From an uncultured Sangeribacter sp. (GTDB lineage: Bacteria; Bacteroidota; Bacteroidia; Bacteroidales; Muribaculaceae), in assembly GCA_964515455.1 (NCBI GenBank), contig CAZEUD010000002.1, forward strand, positions 15,430 through 79,429: a DNA stretch of 64,000 bases, given 5' to 3'. The translations under genes were made by a program, and so were the position numbers. Under the pieces are notes generated by a model that did no database searches, had not been told where the DNA came from, and saw nothing but the letters and a program-made list of their open reading frames with translations. Shown in pieces: positions 1-10,272 of the stretch; the stretch's first letter is position 1, and the number at the start of each line of letters is the position of its first letter.

Positions 1-1
1 G

Positions 2-343
2 ATACCGATTATAATACATGATGTAAAAGCTGATGATATAATATGCGGCTTGCGGCGAGATCTCAAGCCGGGGCAACCTTGGGCAATACATGGCTTTCGT
101 GGCAAACCGGCTGCGGCAGCAATGTTGCTGAAATCCGGTTGCTATATATCTTTTGGTGAGAAATTTAATCCTGATACACTAAAAACTGTACCTCCCGACC
201 GTATTCTTGCTGAAACCGATGAATCCACGCTTACAATTCAGGAGATAATCAGCAATCTTGCCTCAGTAAGAGGGGAGAGCATTGATGAATTAACTTCAAT
301 CATTAAAGCAAATTTAAAGAAATTTTGTAACTTTGGAGGTTAA
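2..343 (+). CDS. TatD family hydrolase, 5'-truncated by the window edge
   Basis: Frame is open from base 2 (IPIIIHDVKA...WAIHGFRG...YISFG...RILAETD); IIH, IHGF and ETD are TatD motifs. Confidence 0.85.
   Translation: MPIIIHDVKADDIICGLRRDLKPGQPWAIHGFRGKPAAAAMLLKSGCYISFGEKFNPDTLKTVPPDRILAETDESTLTIQEIISNLASVRGESIDELTSIIKANLKKFCNFGG
328..335 (+). promoter_or_regulatory. Bacteroidetes -7 promoter element (TAACTTTG) upstream of the PCMD-dapB-lepB run
   Basis: Matches the TAnnTTTG consensus 40 nt before the ATG at 375. Confidence 0.55.
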
Positions 344-374
344 TTCAAAAGATTAGACCCATTTATACAAAATT

Positions 375-1334
375 ATGAAATTTCAAAAATATATATTACC
401 GGCATTGCTTCTTTTGATTGCACCGGAGGTGTCGGCATTGACTCTTGAACCAATCAAATACGGAGACTTTTCAAATTGGGTTACCAGAGAAGTGGCTGAA
501 TCAAAGCTGCTCGGAGGCAAAAAGAAGACAATCTATGAGATAGCTCCGACGCGTACTATTCCGGGAAACAATAAGGAATACAGCAATGAGGGTGGTTCTC
601 CGTGGGCCACAAGTAATGTATACGCCAAGGTGGCAGGAATAGTGAAGGGCTCGGGCACTGTAACTCCGGCAACAATCAACGGCAACAAAGTGGCCTGCAT
701 GCAGGCAAAGATGGAGGAGGTGAAGGTGCTGGGTATCATCAATATGGATGTGATGGTGGCAGGCACAATATTTCTCGGTCGAATTTTTGAGCCCATAACT
801 TCTTCAAAGGGACCTTATTCCAAGATGGAGATGGGTATTCCCTACACCAAACGCCCGGTGGCATTGGTATATGATTTTAAGGTAGAGATGCCTGATGTAA
901 ATACCCGTGTTAAATCAACCGGTTTCTCAAGCAAAAAGACGCTTCAGGGTCGTGATAATGCAGAGGTTTATGTGCTTCTTCAAAAACGTTGGGAGGATGC
1001 CAAAGGCAATATTTATGCCCAGAGGGTAGGCACCGGGCGTGAGAGATATTCAAAAAATATAGCATGGACAAAGGGACATCAGCTTACAATTCATTACGGT
1101 GATATTTCAAAAGAAAGCTGGTATAAGTCCTGGATGGGACTCCTTGATGGTGACAAAGCCTATTATGCCACCAATTCCAAGGGTAAACTTGTGCCGGTGC
1201 ATGAAACAGGGTGGGCTCCGGCTGATGCCACCCCGACGCATGTGCTTGTAATGGCCTCCTCCAGTTGCGGGGAAGCTTATGTTGGAACGGAAGGTCTGAC
1301 TTTATACATAGATAACATAGCATTCGGATTCTAA
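375..1334 (+). CDS. Exported PCMD (putative carbohydrate metabolism domain) protein
   Basis: Signal peptide, then GDFSNW, SPWATSN, AGTIFLG and LYIDN motifs typical of Bacteroidales PCMD proteins. Confidence 0.7.
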   Translation: MKFQKYILPALLLLIAPEVSALTLEPIKYGDFSNWVTREVAESKLLGGKKKTIYEIAPTRTIPGNNKEYSNEGGSPWATSNVYAKVAGIVKGSGTVTPATINGNKVACMQAKMEEVKVLGIINMDVMVAGTIFLGRIFEPITSSKGPYSKMEMGIPYTKRPVALVYDFKVEMPDVNTRVKSTGFSSKKTLQGRDNAEVYVLLQKRWEDAKGNIYAQRVGTGRERYSKNIAWTKGHQLTIHYGDISKESWYKSWMGLLDGDKAYYATNSKGKLVPVHETGWAPADATPTHVLVMASSSCGEAYVGTEGLTLYIDNIAFGF

Positions 1335-2077
1335 TGAAAATAGCATTGACAGGGTATGGCAAAATGGGCCATATAATAGAAAATATAGCGAAACAGCGCG
1401 GACATGAAGTTGTATGCATTATTGACAAGGATAATCTTGCAGATTTTGACAGCGAAGCATTCCGCTCCGCCGACTGTGTGATTGAATTTTCCACACCGGG
1501 TAGTGCTGAAGGAAATATCCGTAAGGCATTGGCAGCGGGTATTCCTGTGGTGTGCGGCACCACAGGCTGGACCGATAAGCTTCCGGAAATAAAAGAGATA
1601 TGCAGCAACGGAGACGGAACATTCCTTTTTGCATCCAATTTCTCCGTAGGTGTGAATATATTCATGGGAATAAACCGGTATCTTGCAAGGATAATGGGGA
1701 ATAACCCGCAATATACACCCTACATGACAGAGACACATCACGTGCATAAACTCGATCATCCTTCCGGCACGGCAATAACTCTTGCCCGGCAAATAATGGA
1801 GGAGGATAAGCTTGTGAGTGGATGGTGCGAGCCTGATGAGGCTGTCAGAGAGGGTGACGGTTCCGGTAAAATATTGGAGATTGAACACGAAAGACGTGGA
1901 GAAGTGCCCGGTATTCATACTATTGATTGGGATTCTCCCGTTGATACAATAACAATCTCACACAGCGCAAAATCGCGTGAGGGATTTGCCCTTGGTGCAG
2001 TAATTGCAGCAGAATGGCTCGCTGACAAGAAGGGGTATCACACAATAGAAGAAGTTTTTGATTATGAGTTATTTTGA
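1334..2077 (+). CDS. dapB: 4-hydroxy-tetrahydrodipicolinate reductase
   Basis: MKIALTGYGKMG Rossmann start, GTTGW, ASNFSVG, ETHHVHKLDHPSGTA. Confidence 0.97.
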   Translation: MKIALTGYGKMGHIIENIAKQRGHEVVCIIDKDNLADFDSEAFRSADCVIEFSTPGSAEGNIRKALAAGIPVVCGTTGWTDKLPEIKEICSNGDGTFLFASNFSVGVNIFMGINRYLARIMGNNPQYTPYMTETHHVHKLDHPSGTAITLARQIMEEDKLVSGWCEPDEAVREGDGSGKILEIEHERRGEVPGIHTIDWDSPVDTITISHSAKSREGFALGAVIAAEWLADKKGYHTIEEVFDYELF

Positions 2078-3503
2078 AGATAAAATAAAAAACATGCCGG
2101 AGCATCTGCGACAGATAAAGACCACCCGCTGGGTGCGTTTTGCGGTAGTGTCTGCAATATTCTTTCTATGGGTGATCCTAATGGGGAATCCATGGCTTGC
2201 ATTCCTCTGGCTGATTTTACTTGATATATATATAACCGGCATCATTCCCTGGGGATGGTGGAAAAAGAAAAAAGGAGCCACACGCACTGTGATGGCATGG
2301 GTGGATGCCATTGTATATGCGTTAGTGCTGATATACTTTGTATTCGCATTTGTAGGTCAGCAATATGAGATACCCTCTTCAAGTCTTGAGAAATCGCTTC
2401 TTGTGGGTGACAGGCTTTGGGTAAACAAAACCATATACGGAGCCAGAGTGCCTCAAACGCCGCTGCATTTCCCACTTGCCCAGCATACTCTTCCTTTCCT
2501 GAATACGAAAAGTTACATAGAGACTCCACAACTCGAATATCACCGCATGCCCGGTTTTCGCAATATAGAGCGTGGTGATATCGTAGTGTTCAACTATCCG
2601 CAGGGAGACACTGTGGCCTCCAAGATATCCAACCCTGATTATTATCAGATTTGTTATGAGCTGCGCCGTGAAGGAATAGAAGATCCGTTGGCGTATATTA
2701 AGGCTAACAGTCATATCTTTGGGGAAGTGGTGTGGCGTCCTGTAGACAGGCGTGAGAATTATGTGAAGAGGGCTATCGGTTTGCCGGGTGAGCGTATCCG
2801 CATTTCCGGAGATACCGTTTATATTAACGGGAAAGCCGTAAACGAGCCGGAAAATGTGCAGTATAATTATATCATACCAGTGAATGGACCGATATCTGAT
2901 GAGAAATGGCAAGAACTAGGAGTAAGAGCTGAGGATCATGGCAGTGCCCCTGTAAGGAATGAATATGCAGGTTTCTCTTATTATGATGTACCGTTGACTG
3001 CTTCAATGAAGGCTGAGATAGAGAAGTGGCCCGAGGTGATAGGTCCTCTCCAGAGAGAGAGTCCAAGCGGTCTGTATGATCTCACAGGTATATTCCCGCT
3101 TGGTACCGATTATGGTTGGACCCGTACAGATATGGGTGAATTCTGGATTCCAAAAAGAGGCGTCACAATGCATCTTACACCTGAAAACTTTCCTGTTTAC
3201 GAACGTGCAATCCGCACTTACGAAGGGAATGACCTTCAGCTGAAAGATGGCAAGATTTATATCAACGGCGAGCAGACGGAATATTACACCTTCAAGATGG
3301 ACTATTACTGGATGATGGGTGACAACCGAGACCGCTCTGCCGACAGCCGTTTCTGGGGATTTGTACCTGAGGATCATATCGTAGGATCCCCTCTGTTTAT
3401 CATCGTTTCTTTGGACCAGGAGAAAGAATTGTTTGACGGCAAGATACGATGGAATCGTATCTTTGCCAATCCGAATCCTGACAGCGAAAGGATGCGCGAA
3501 TGA
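2064..3503 (+). CDS. lepB: Signal peptidase I (long Bacteroidales form)
   Basis: IPSSSLEKSL (catalytic Ser), ENYVKR (catalytic Lys), GDNRDRSADSRFWGFVP; ATG at 2064 overlaps the end of dapB. Confidence 0.95.
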   Translation: MSYFEDKIKNMPEHLRQIKTTRWVRFAVVSAIFFLWVILMGNPWLAFLWLILLDIYITGIIPWGWWKKKKGATRTVMAWVDAIVYALVLIYFVFAFVGQQYEIPSSSLEKSLLVGDRLWVNKTIYGARVPQTPLHFPLAQHTLPFLNTKSYIETPQLEYHRMPGFRNIERGDIVVFNYPQGDTVASKISNPDYYQICYELRREGIEDPLAYIKANSHIFGEVVWRPVDRRENYVKRAIGLPGERIRISGDTVYINGKAVNEPENVQYNYIIPVNGPISDEKWQELGVRAEDHGSAPVRNEYAGFSYYDVPLTASMKAEIEKWPEVIGPLQRESPSGLYDLTGIFPLGTDYGWTRTDMGEFWIPKRGVTMHLTPENFPVYERAIRTYEGNDLQLKDGKIYINGEQTEYYTFKMDYYWMMGDNRDRSADSRFWGFVPEDHIVGSPLFIIVSLDQEKELFDGKIRWNRIFANPNPDSERMRE

Positions 3504-4024
3504 AATCCCTCGAAATCCCGTTTGCTCCATCGGTTGCAGTGATGCGGGAATTGCTCAGAGGCGATGGATTCAAATATGGAAAAGATAGGGCGCGATGTCT
3601 GATTTCAGGCAACCGCCTGTTGTCTATTCCGGTAGAGGGAGGAGCATCAATTCTTAGAAATCCGGATATAAGTATTGAAAGAATCCGTATTTCTGACCAT
3701 GGTCGTTGGCGGCAGGAGCATCTTGGAGCATGGAATGCAGCGTATGGGAAGACCCCTTTTTTCATCCACTTATTCCCACTCCTTGAGGAGGCGTACGAAT
3801 TGCACAGCTATGGCAGCCTTAAGGAGTTTAACTATTCTGTCTTTGAAATTATACGAGTATTTGTAAATTATGATGGAATAAGGGATGATGTAAAAAGATT
3901 TCGGGATGAAAATCCGGGCAGATATTCTCAGGTAATTAATGACTTGGAAACAAAAGTTAACATAAATTATTCAATTTTCGATTCATTGTTTCGTTTAGGT
4001 AAAGGGGTATCATTGCTTTTATAA
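3500..4024 (+). CDS. WbqC-like family protein
   Basis: LLSIPVEGG, RWRQEHLGAWNAAYGKTPFF and SIFDSLF; position after lepB is typical for Bacteroidales. Confidence 0.75.
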   Translation: MKSLEIPFAPSVAVMRELLRGDGFKYGKDRARCLISGNRLLSIPVEGGASILRNPDISIERIRISDHGRWRQEHLGAWNAAYGKTPFFIHLFPLLEEAYELHSYGSLKEFNYSVFEIIRVFVNYDGIRDDVKRFRDENPGRYSQVINDLETKVNINYSIFDSLFRLGKGVSLLL

Positions 4025-4665
4025 TGAAATTTATCGGACGCATATTCATAATCGTCATGGCTTTTATAGCTTCAGGCGTTTTTGCAACTCAAACAGCCAT
4101 TGCGCAGGATGAGCAGCCTGAAGTGCGTCTGAAAGTAAAGGCTTACAGAGGATATAAAATTATAGTGGATGAATATGGCGACAGCTGTCTATATACCTTC
4201 ATACGCGATGTCAATGTTTTCCCGCCATTGAAATTTAAAAATAAGAAGCAGGAGGAGTATTATTGGCGCACAGTAAGGGATGTGCGCAAAACATTGCCCT
4301 ACGCCAAACTGGCATTTTCCGCATTATGCGAGACGTATGAGTATATACAGACAATTCCTGACGAAAAAGAGAGAGAGAAGCATCTTAAACGTCTGGAAAA
4401 AGATATCTTTGAGCAATACAAGCCTGTTGTTAAAACGATGACCAGGAATCAAGGCAAGATGCTGCTGAAGTTGATAAACAGGGAAACCGACCAGTCGTCG
4501 TTCAATATAGTAAAGGCTTTTTTGGGATCGTTCAGAGCCGGCTTCTGGCAAACATTCGGACGATTCTTCGGCATGAATATGAAAGCGGGCTATCATCCTG
4601 AAAAGAACAAGGAAGATGCAATGATAGAGAGGATAGCCACGCTTATTGAGCAGGGAGCGCTGTAG
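4024..4665 (+). CDS. DUF4294 domain-containing exported protein
   Basis: Signal peptide; VRDVRKTLPYAK, QGKMLLKLINRET, RAGFWQTF motifs. Confidence 0.8.
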   Translation: MKFIGRIFIIVMAFIASGVFATQTAIAQDEQPEVRLKVKAYRGYKIIVDEYGDSCLYTFIRDVNVFPPLKFKNKKQEEYYWRTVRDVRKTLPYAKLAFSALCETYEYIQTIPDEKEREKHLKRLEKDIFEQYKPVVKTMTRNQGKMLLKLINRETDQSSFNIVKAFLGSFRAGFWQTFGRFFGMNMKAGYHPEKNKEDAMIERIATLIEQGAL

Positions 4666-4706
4666 ACATATGCCATGTGCATCCTTCTAAAAAACGTAAA
4701 AAGCTC

Positions 4707-5666
4707 CTAATCACGATAGATGATTTTGGCTACAGATTTATAGACGGATTTTCCGAAAAAGGAGACAATGATGCCGAGTTTGTTTTTAAGTCTTACTTTA
4801 GGATTGACAAGGCTGCTCATTCTTTCTTTTTTAATAACATTCCAGCATCTGTCTTCCAGAGATTTGTCTTCAAAATTATTGGCAGCCATAAGTCCCAGAA
4901 TATTGAAGTGGGCACTAAGGCGTCTGTCGCGAGCTGCAGCATATAATCGCGGATTATAATTTTCGGCATCTTTACCAAAAAAAATTATCATCTTGTCGGT
5001 GATGTCTAACACATCCTTTCTTCCTTCATTAAAAGAATGAAGATAACTATTGGAATTTAGTCTGTAATAGTATAATTTATCAGGAGTATAAGCTATTTTA
5101 GAGACACCTGGAAATAATCGATAAAAGGCATCCAAATCTTCATATCCGACACCTATTTTATAAAAATCATTTTTGATTAACTGTTTCTTATATAATTTGC
5201 CGCACGCAGAATGTGAGCAATATCTGTATTGTTGGTATAATAATTTTTCAGAAAATTCAACTCCTGAAAATATATAAATGCAGCAATTTGAACATTTTAA
5301 TTTATTGTGATGGTCACAAAAATCAATGCATGCCATATCCGCCTGACTCCTTGTCAGAGTTGAGAATAGAATGTCAAGATAATTACGATGAATTAAATCA
5401 TCAGAATCTATAAATGTAATATATTCTCCGCAAGCGTTTTTTATGCCAGCATTTCTTGCCGATGAAAGGCCTTCATTATTTTTGTGAATCACTTTTATTC
5501 TTGTGTCTTTTGCAGCATATTCATCGCATATTCGGGGACACGAATCCGGAGAGCCGTCATCCACAAGTATCAGCTCCCAGTCAGAGTAAGTTTGCGCCAA
5601 CACGCTGTCAACGCATTGGCGCAAATATTTCTCTACATTATATACAGGAACAACTATGCTAATCAT
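4707..5666 (-). CDS. Glycosyltransferase family 2
   Basis: SIVVPVYNVEKYL, VDDGSPD, GLSSARNAG, FIDSDD (DxD). Confidence 0.93.
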   Translation of the reverse strand: MISIVVPVYNVEKYLRQCVDSVLAQTYSDWELILVDDGSPDSCPRICDEYAAKDTRIKVIHKNNEGLSSARNAGIKNACGEYITFIDSDDLIHRNYLDILFSTLTRSQADMACIDFCDHHNKLKCSNCCIYIFSGVEFSEKLLYQQYRYCSHSACGKLYKKQLIKNDFYKIGVGYEDLDAFYRLFPGVSKIAYTPDKLYYYRLNSNSYLHSFNEGRKDVLDITDKMIIFFGKDAENYNPRLYAAARDRRLSAHFNILGLMAANNFEDKSLEDRCWNVIKKERMSSLVNPKVRLKNKLGIIVSFFGKSVYKSVAKIIYRD

Positions 5667-5704
5667 TCCTTCTTATCATTGCAGAATTACTGACAACAGA
5701 TTAA

Positions 5705-6262
5705 TCATACTGTCAGGATTTCCTTCTCTTTCTCTGCGAAAAGGGCATCTATTTTCTTCATGTATTTGTCATGAAGTTTCTGTACATCCCCTTCAGCATC
5801 TTTTTCTGTATCCTCGCTCAAGCCGTTCTTAACTTCTTTCTTCAACCCTTCGATGGCTTCGCGGCGGGCATTACGTACAGATACTTTGGCATTCTCAGCT
5901 TCTCCTTTGGATTGCTTTACCAGCTGTTTGCGCCTCTCTTCCGTCAAAGGGGGTATTGACAAACGGATCACTTCGCCATTATTTTCCGGAGTTATACCAA
6001 GTTCCGAATTGATAATAGCTTTCTCAATCTCCTTGAACATGGATTTCTCCCAGGGAGTGATAGCAATTGTGCGTGCGTCCGGTACGCTGACATTGGCAAC
6101 ATTGGATATAGGAGCCTGAGATCCGTAATAATTCACACGTATTCCATCAAGAAGACGGGTTGATGCTTTGCCGGCACGGATATGGGATAATGTATCTTCC
6201 AGATAACCCACTGCAAGCTGCATATTATCCTCGGCATTCTGCAAATATTCCTTTACTTCCAT
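5705..6262 (-). CDS. frr: Ribosome recycling factor
   Basis: [35 protein letters not shown]; lies downstream of pyrH. Confidence 0.98.
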   Translation of the reverse strand: MEVKEYLQNAEDNMQLAVGYLEDTLSHIRAGKASTRLLDGIRVNYYGSQAPISNVANVSVPDARTIAITPWEKSMFKEIEKAIINSELGITPENNGEVIRLSIPPLTEERRKQLVKQSKGEAENAKVSVRNARREAIEGLKKEVKNGLSEDTEKDAEGDVQKLHDKYMKKIDALFAEKEKEILTV

Positions 6263-6353
6263 ATTATATCATTTAGTTTATTCAATTCCTGTTGTATATC
6301 AAAATATTTCTGACTCAATGCCGGTTAAGTTCGGCCTGCTGCCTGCATCTGAT

Positions 6354-7058
6354 TCAATACACAAGCGTACCTGCATTGTCACCATTGAGCATCTTTTTGA
6401 GGTTTCCCTCAATGTCCATATTGAAAACATATATCGGCATATTGTTTTCTTTGCAAAGAGCTGTGGCAGTAAGATCCATCACTTTCAAGCCTCTTGACAA
6501 AACCTCATCATAGCTGATCTTGTCAAATTTGGTAGCAGTCGGGTCTTTCTCCGGATCAGCGGTGTATACGCCATCCACGCGTGTGCCTTTGAGCATCACA
6601 TCCGCCTCTATCTCTATTGCGCGCAGAGCAGAGCCGGTATCAGTAGTGAAATAAGGATTGCCGGTGCCACAGCTGATAATTGCCACTTTCCTCTCCTCCA
6701 TGGCTTTTATGGCTCTCCATTTAGAATAATGTTCTCCTATAGGATGCATGGCTATTGCGGTAAATACCTGTGCCGGTTGTCCTATAGCCTCTAATGCCGA
6801 ACTCAAAGCGAGTGAGTTGATCACTGTTGCAAGCATACCCATCTGGTCACCTTTCACGCGGTCAAAACCTTTGCCGGCACCGGAGAGTCCACGGAAAATG
6901 TTTCCACCCCCTATCACTATCCCTATCTGAACACCATCATCCACCATCTCCTTGATTTGCGCTGCGTAAGCATTCAGGCGATCCACATCGATACCTGTGC
7001 CATGACCTGCGGCAAGTGATTCTCCGGATAATTTCAACAATACTCTTTTATATTTCAT
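6354..7058 (-). CDS. pyrH: UMP kinase
   Basis: KRVLLKLSGESL, GGGNIFRG, DQMGMLAT, GTGNPYFTTD. Confidence 0.98.
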   Translation of the reverse strand: MKYKRVLLKLSGESLAAGHGTGIDVDRLNAYAAQIKEMVDDGVQIGIVIGGGNIFRGLSGAGKGFDRVKGDQMGMLATVINSLALSSALEAIGQPAQVFTAIAMHPIGEHYSKWRAIKAMEERKVAIISCGTGNPYFTTDTGSALRAIEIEADVMLKGTRVDGVYTADPEKDPTATKFDKISYDEVLSRGLKVMDLTATALCKENNMPIYVFNMDIEGNLKKMLNGDNAGTLVY

Positions 7059-7086
7059 ATTTTGTGTATTTTCACTAACTGTTCCC

Positions 7087-7094
7087 CAAAGTTA
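7087..7094 (-). promoter_or_regulatory. -7 element (TAACTTTG on minus strand) for pyrH-frr
   Basis: CAAAGTTA on the plus strand, 29 nt upstream of the pyrH ATG. Confidence 0.6.
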
Positions 7095-7165
7095 ACAAAA
7101 AAAATAGGAATTGTCTATCATATCACCAAAATTTTTGCCAATCATGGTTACAGAGCCTCATTCAA

Positions 7166-7197
7166 GTTGTGGATTTAATGAAAAATTTGTAACTTTG
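7166..7197 (+). promoter_or_regulatory. Bacteroidetes sigmaA promoter for lysS (GTTG-N20-TAACTTTG)
   Basis: -7 element at 7190-7197 and a near-consensus -33 element at 7166-7169 with a 20-nt spacer. Confidence 0.65.
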
Positions 7198-7240
7198 TAA
7201 GTTGTTGATTAAAAAGAAGAATAATAAACAAACTCTAAAT

Positions 7241-8806
7241 ATGGCAAACCAGGAACTTAGCGAACAGGAAATTGTGCGACGCAGAAGCCTTGAGGCATTG
7301 CGTGAACGCGGCATAGACCCGTATCCGGCAGCGGAATATCCCGTAACCGGTTATTCCAGAGAAATCAAAGAGAATTTTGATGATGCCTTGACACCCCCGA
7401 GAGAGGTGGCTGTGGCAGGTCGTATCATGAGCCGCAGGATCATGGGTAAAGCCTCTTTTATGGAGCTTCAGGATTCGGAAGGTCGTATCCAGATATATGT
7501 CAGCCGTGATGAAATATGTCACGGTGAAGACAAGGATTTCTATAACGTTGTTTTTAAGAAACTTCTTGATATAGGTGATTTTATAGGAGTGAAAGGTTAT
7601 GTTTTCCGCACACAGATGGGAGAGATATCCATCCATGCCGGTGAAATAACTGTGCTTGGCAAGAGCTTGCGCCCCCTCCCTATTGTAAAGCTCAAGGACG
7701 GGAAAGCTTATGATGCCTTTACTGATCCTGAGCAGCGCTATCGTCAGCGCTATGTGGATTTGGTGGTAAATCCCGGAGTACGTGACATCTTCCTGAAACG
7801 CACAAAGATGTTCAACTCAATGCGTGAATATTTCAACGCATTTAATTATACAGAGGTTGAGACTCCGATACTCCAATCCATCCCCGGAGGAGCAGCAGCC
7901 CGTCCCTTCATAACGCATCACAATGCGCTGGATATTCCACTGTATCTGCGTATCGCCGATGAATTGTATCTTAAACGTCTGATAGTAGGTGGTTTTGAGG
8001 GCGTATATGAATTCTCCAAGAATTTCCGGAATGAGGGTATGGATCGCACACACAATCCCGAATTCACCTGCATGGAAATATATGTTCCTTACAAGGATTA
8101 TAACTGGATGATGGATTTTACAGAAAAGATGCTTGAGAAGATAGCGCTTGATGTAAACGGCACCACAAAGGTTATGGTGGGTGACAATGAAATAGATTTC
8201 AAGCCACCATACAAGAGGGTGACAATGACAGAAGCCATAAAGGAAAAGACTGGCTTTGATATCACCGGCAAGACAGAGGATGAGCTGCGTGCTTTCTGCA
8301 AAGAAGCCGGCATTGAGACCGATCCATCAATGGGTAAAGGAAAACTTATTGATGAAATTTTTGGCGAGAAATGCGAGGGAACCTATATTCAGCCAACATT
8401 CATCACAGACTATCCTATCGAGATGTCTCCTCTTACAAAGCGCCACCGAAACAATCCGGAACTTACAGAGCGTTTCGAACTGATGGTCAATGGCAAAGAG
8501 CTTGCCAACGCATATTCCGAGCTTAATGATCCGATAGACCAGTATGAGCGTTTTGTGGAGCAGATGCGTCTTGCCGACAAAGGGGATGATGAGGCCATGA
8601 TTATTGATGCCGATTTCATACGCGCTCTTGAATATGGTATGCCACCAACATCCGGAATGGGTATCGGCATGGACCGCCTTGCAATGCTCCTTACCGGACA
8701 AACCACAATACAGGAAGTGCTTCTTTTCCCACAGATGCGTCCGCAAAAGACTCAAAAACAAGATGATGCTTCAGAGGATTCCAAAGAGAAAACAGCAGAA
8801 TCCTGA
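7241..8806 (+). CDS. lysS: Lysyl-tRNA synthetase (class II)
   Basis: [14 protein letters not shown] fold, [37 protein letters not shown]; true start is ATG 7241 (MANQELSEQ). Confidence 0.98.
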   Translation: MANQELSEQEIVRRRSLEALRERGIDPYPAAEYPVTGYSREIKENFDDALTPPREVAVAGRIMSRRIMGKASFMELQDSEGRIQIYVSRDEICHGEDKDFYNVVFKKLLDIGDFIGVKGYVFRTQMGEISIHAGEITVLGKSLRPLPIVKLKDGKAYDAFTDPEQRYRQRYVDLVVNPGVRDIFLKRTKMFNSMREYFNAFNYTEVETPILQSIPGGAAARPFITHHNALDIPLYLRIADELYLKRLIVGGFEGVYEFSKNFRNEGMDRTHNPEFTCMEIYVPYKDYNWMMDFTEKMLEKIALDVNGTTKVMVGDNEIDFKPPYKRVTMTEAIKEKTGFDITGKTEDELRAFCKEAGIETDPSMGKGKLIDEIFGEKCEGTYIQPTFITDYPIEMSPLTKRHRNNPELTERFELMVNGKELANAYSELNDPIDQYERFVEQMRLADKGDDEAMIIDADFIRALEYGMPPTSGMGIGMDRLAMLLTGQTTIQEVLLFPQMRPQKTQKQDDASEDSKEKTAES

Positions 8807-8910
8807 GAAAAATCATAAAACCTGTTAAAAATTTGACAATTAATGCCTTATTATCCGTTAAAGAAAAGAGACATTATGAAAACAAAAACACATAATAAAA
8901 GATAGAAATT

Positions 8911-10218
8911 ATGAAATCAATTGAGCTAAACATTCAGGATGCAGTATATTTTGCTGATAAACAATATGAAAATCTCAAAGATGAGAGTATTAAAGCTGTA
9001 GCAACACTTGAAGAAGGCACAGGTGCGGGGAATGATTTCCTTGGCTGGCTTGACCTCCCTTCATCAACAGATACAGATCTTGTTAACAGGATTGAAGCTA
9101 CAGCGGCTCGTCTGCGTGAGAATTGCGATTATGTGGTATGCGTTGGCATAGGTGGCAGTTATCTGGGAGCAAAAGCTGTGAATTTTGCCCTGCAGGATTC
9201 CTTCGCGGATTTCTATGCCCCCAAACCTAAAGAGCCGAAAGTATTGTACGCCGGTCAGAATATTGGTGAGGATTATCTTGCTGAGCTGCAGAATCTCTTG
9301 AAAGATAAGAAATTCGGCATTATAGTTATTTCCAAATCCGGCACTACAACAGAACCGGCGATTGCGTTCAGGTTGCTTAAAGACCAGCTCGTAAGCCAGA
9401 TTGGCAAGGATGTGGCAAAAAAACTCATAGTGGCTGTAACAGATGGTGCGCGTGGTGCTTTGCGTCAGATGGCTGACGAAGAAGGATATGAGACATATAC
9501 AATACCTGACAATGTAGGTGGTAGATTCTCTGTGCTTACCCCCGTGGGATTGCTTCCCATTGCAGTTGCAGGTCACGATATAAAGAAACTTCTCGAGGGA
9601 GCTGCAGAAATGGAGAAATCCACTCTTCATGCTGCAGACACAAATATAGCTCAGACATACGCGCGTCTGCGTAATGCTTTGTATCAAAGCGGTAAGAAGA
9701 TAGAGATTCTTGTTAATTTCGATCCGAAACTCCACTATGTCTCCGAATGGTGGAAACAGTTGTATGGAGAGAGCGAAGGTAAGGATGGCAAGGGTATATT
9801 CCCGGCAGCAGTGGATTTCACAACAGACCTGCACTCAATGGGTCAATGGATTCAAGATGGTGAACGGACAATTTTCGAGACTGTGCTCTCTGTAGCCAAA
9901 CCGGCTGTGGAACACCGTGTGCCCATGGATGCAGCAAATCTCGATGGCATAAATTATCTTGCCGGCAAACGTATAGATGAGGTGAACAAGATGGCGGAAC
10001 TCGGCACGAAGATGGCTCATGTTGATGGCGGTGTGCCCAACATCCATATTACGCTCCCCGCTATTGATGAACATTCTCTTGGACAACTTATATATTTCTT
10101 TGAGAAAGCTTGTGGCATTAGCGGATATATGCTCGGTGTCAATCCATTCAACCAGCCGGGTGTGGAAGCATACAAAAAGAATATGTTCAAACTTCTTAAA
10201 AAACCGGGATATTGCTGA
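8911..10218 (+). CDS. pgi: Glucose-6-phosphate isomerase
   Basis: [46 protein letters not shown]. Confidence 0.98.
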   Translation: MKSIELNIQDAVYFADKQYENLKDESIKAVATLEEGTGAGNDFLGWLDLPSSTDTDLVNRIEATAARLRENCDYVVCVGIGGSYLGAKAVNFALQDSFADFYAPKPKEPKVLYAGQNIGEDYLAELQNLLKDKKFGIIVISKSGTTTEPAIAFRLLKDQLVSQIGKDVAKKLIVAVTDGARGALRQMADEEGYETYTIPDNVGGRFSVLTPVGLLPIAVAGHDIKKLLEGAAEMEKSTLHAADTNIAQTYARLRNALYQSGKKIEILVNFDPKLHYVSEWWKQLYGESEGKDGKGIFPAAVDFTTDLHSMGQWIQDGERTIFETVLSVAKPAVEHRVPMDAANLDGINYLAGKRIDEVNKMAELGTKMAHVDGGVPNIHITLPAIDEHSLGQLIYFFEKACGISGYMLGVNPFNQPGVEAYKKNMFKLLKKPGYC

Positions 10219-10272
10219 AAACCCGGTAACCGTCAAGAGTTTGAACAGACTCTAACTTGAATAGAACTAAAA

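Noticed and set aside
8876-8905. Tiny [12 protein letters not shown] before pgi, and a similar one at 63934-63981
   Set aside because: They are too short and are expected by chance in A-rich intergenic sequence.
9064-9834. 256-aa antisense ORF in pgi, and the many other 60-210 aa overlapping ORFs in the track
   Set aside because: They lie opposite or out of frame to conserved genes and show no family motifs or signal peptides.
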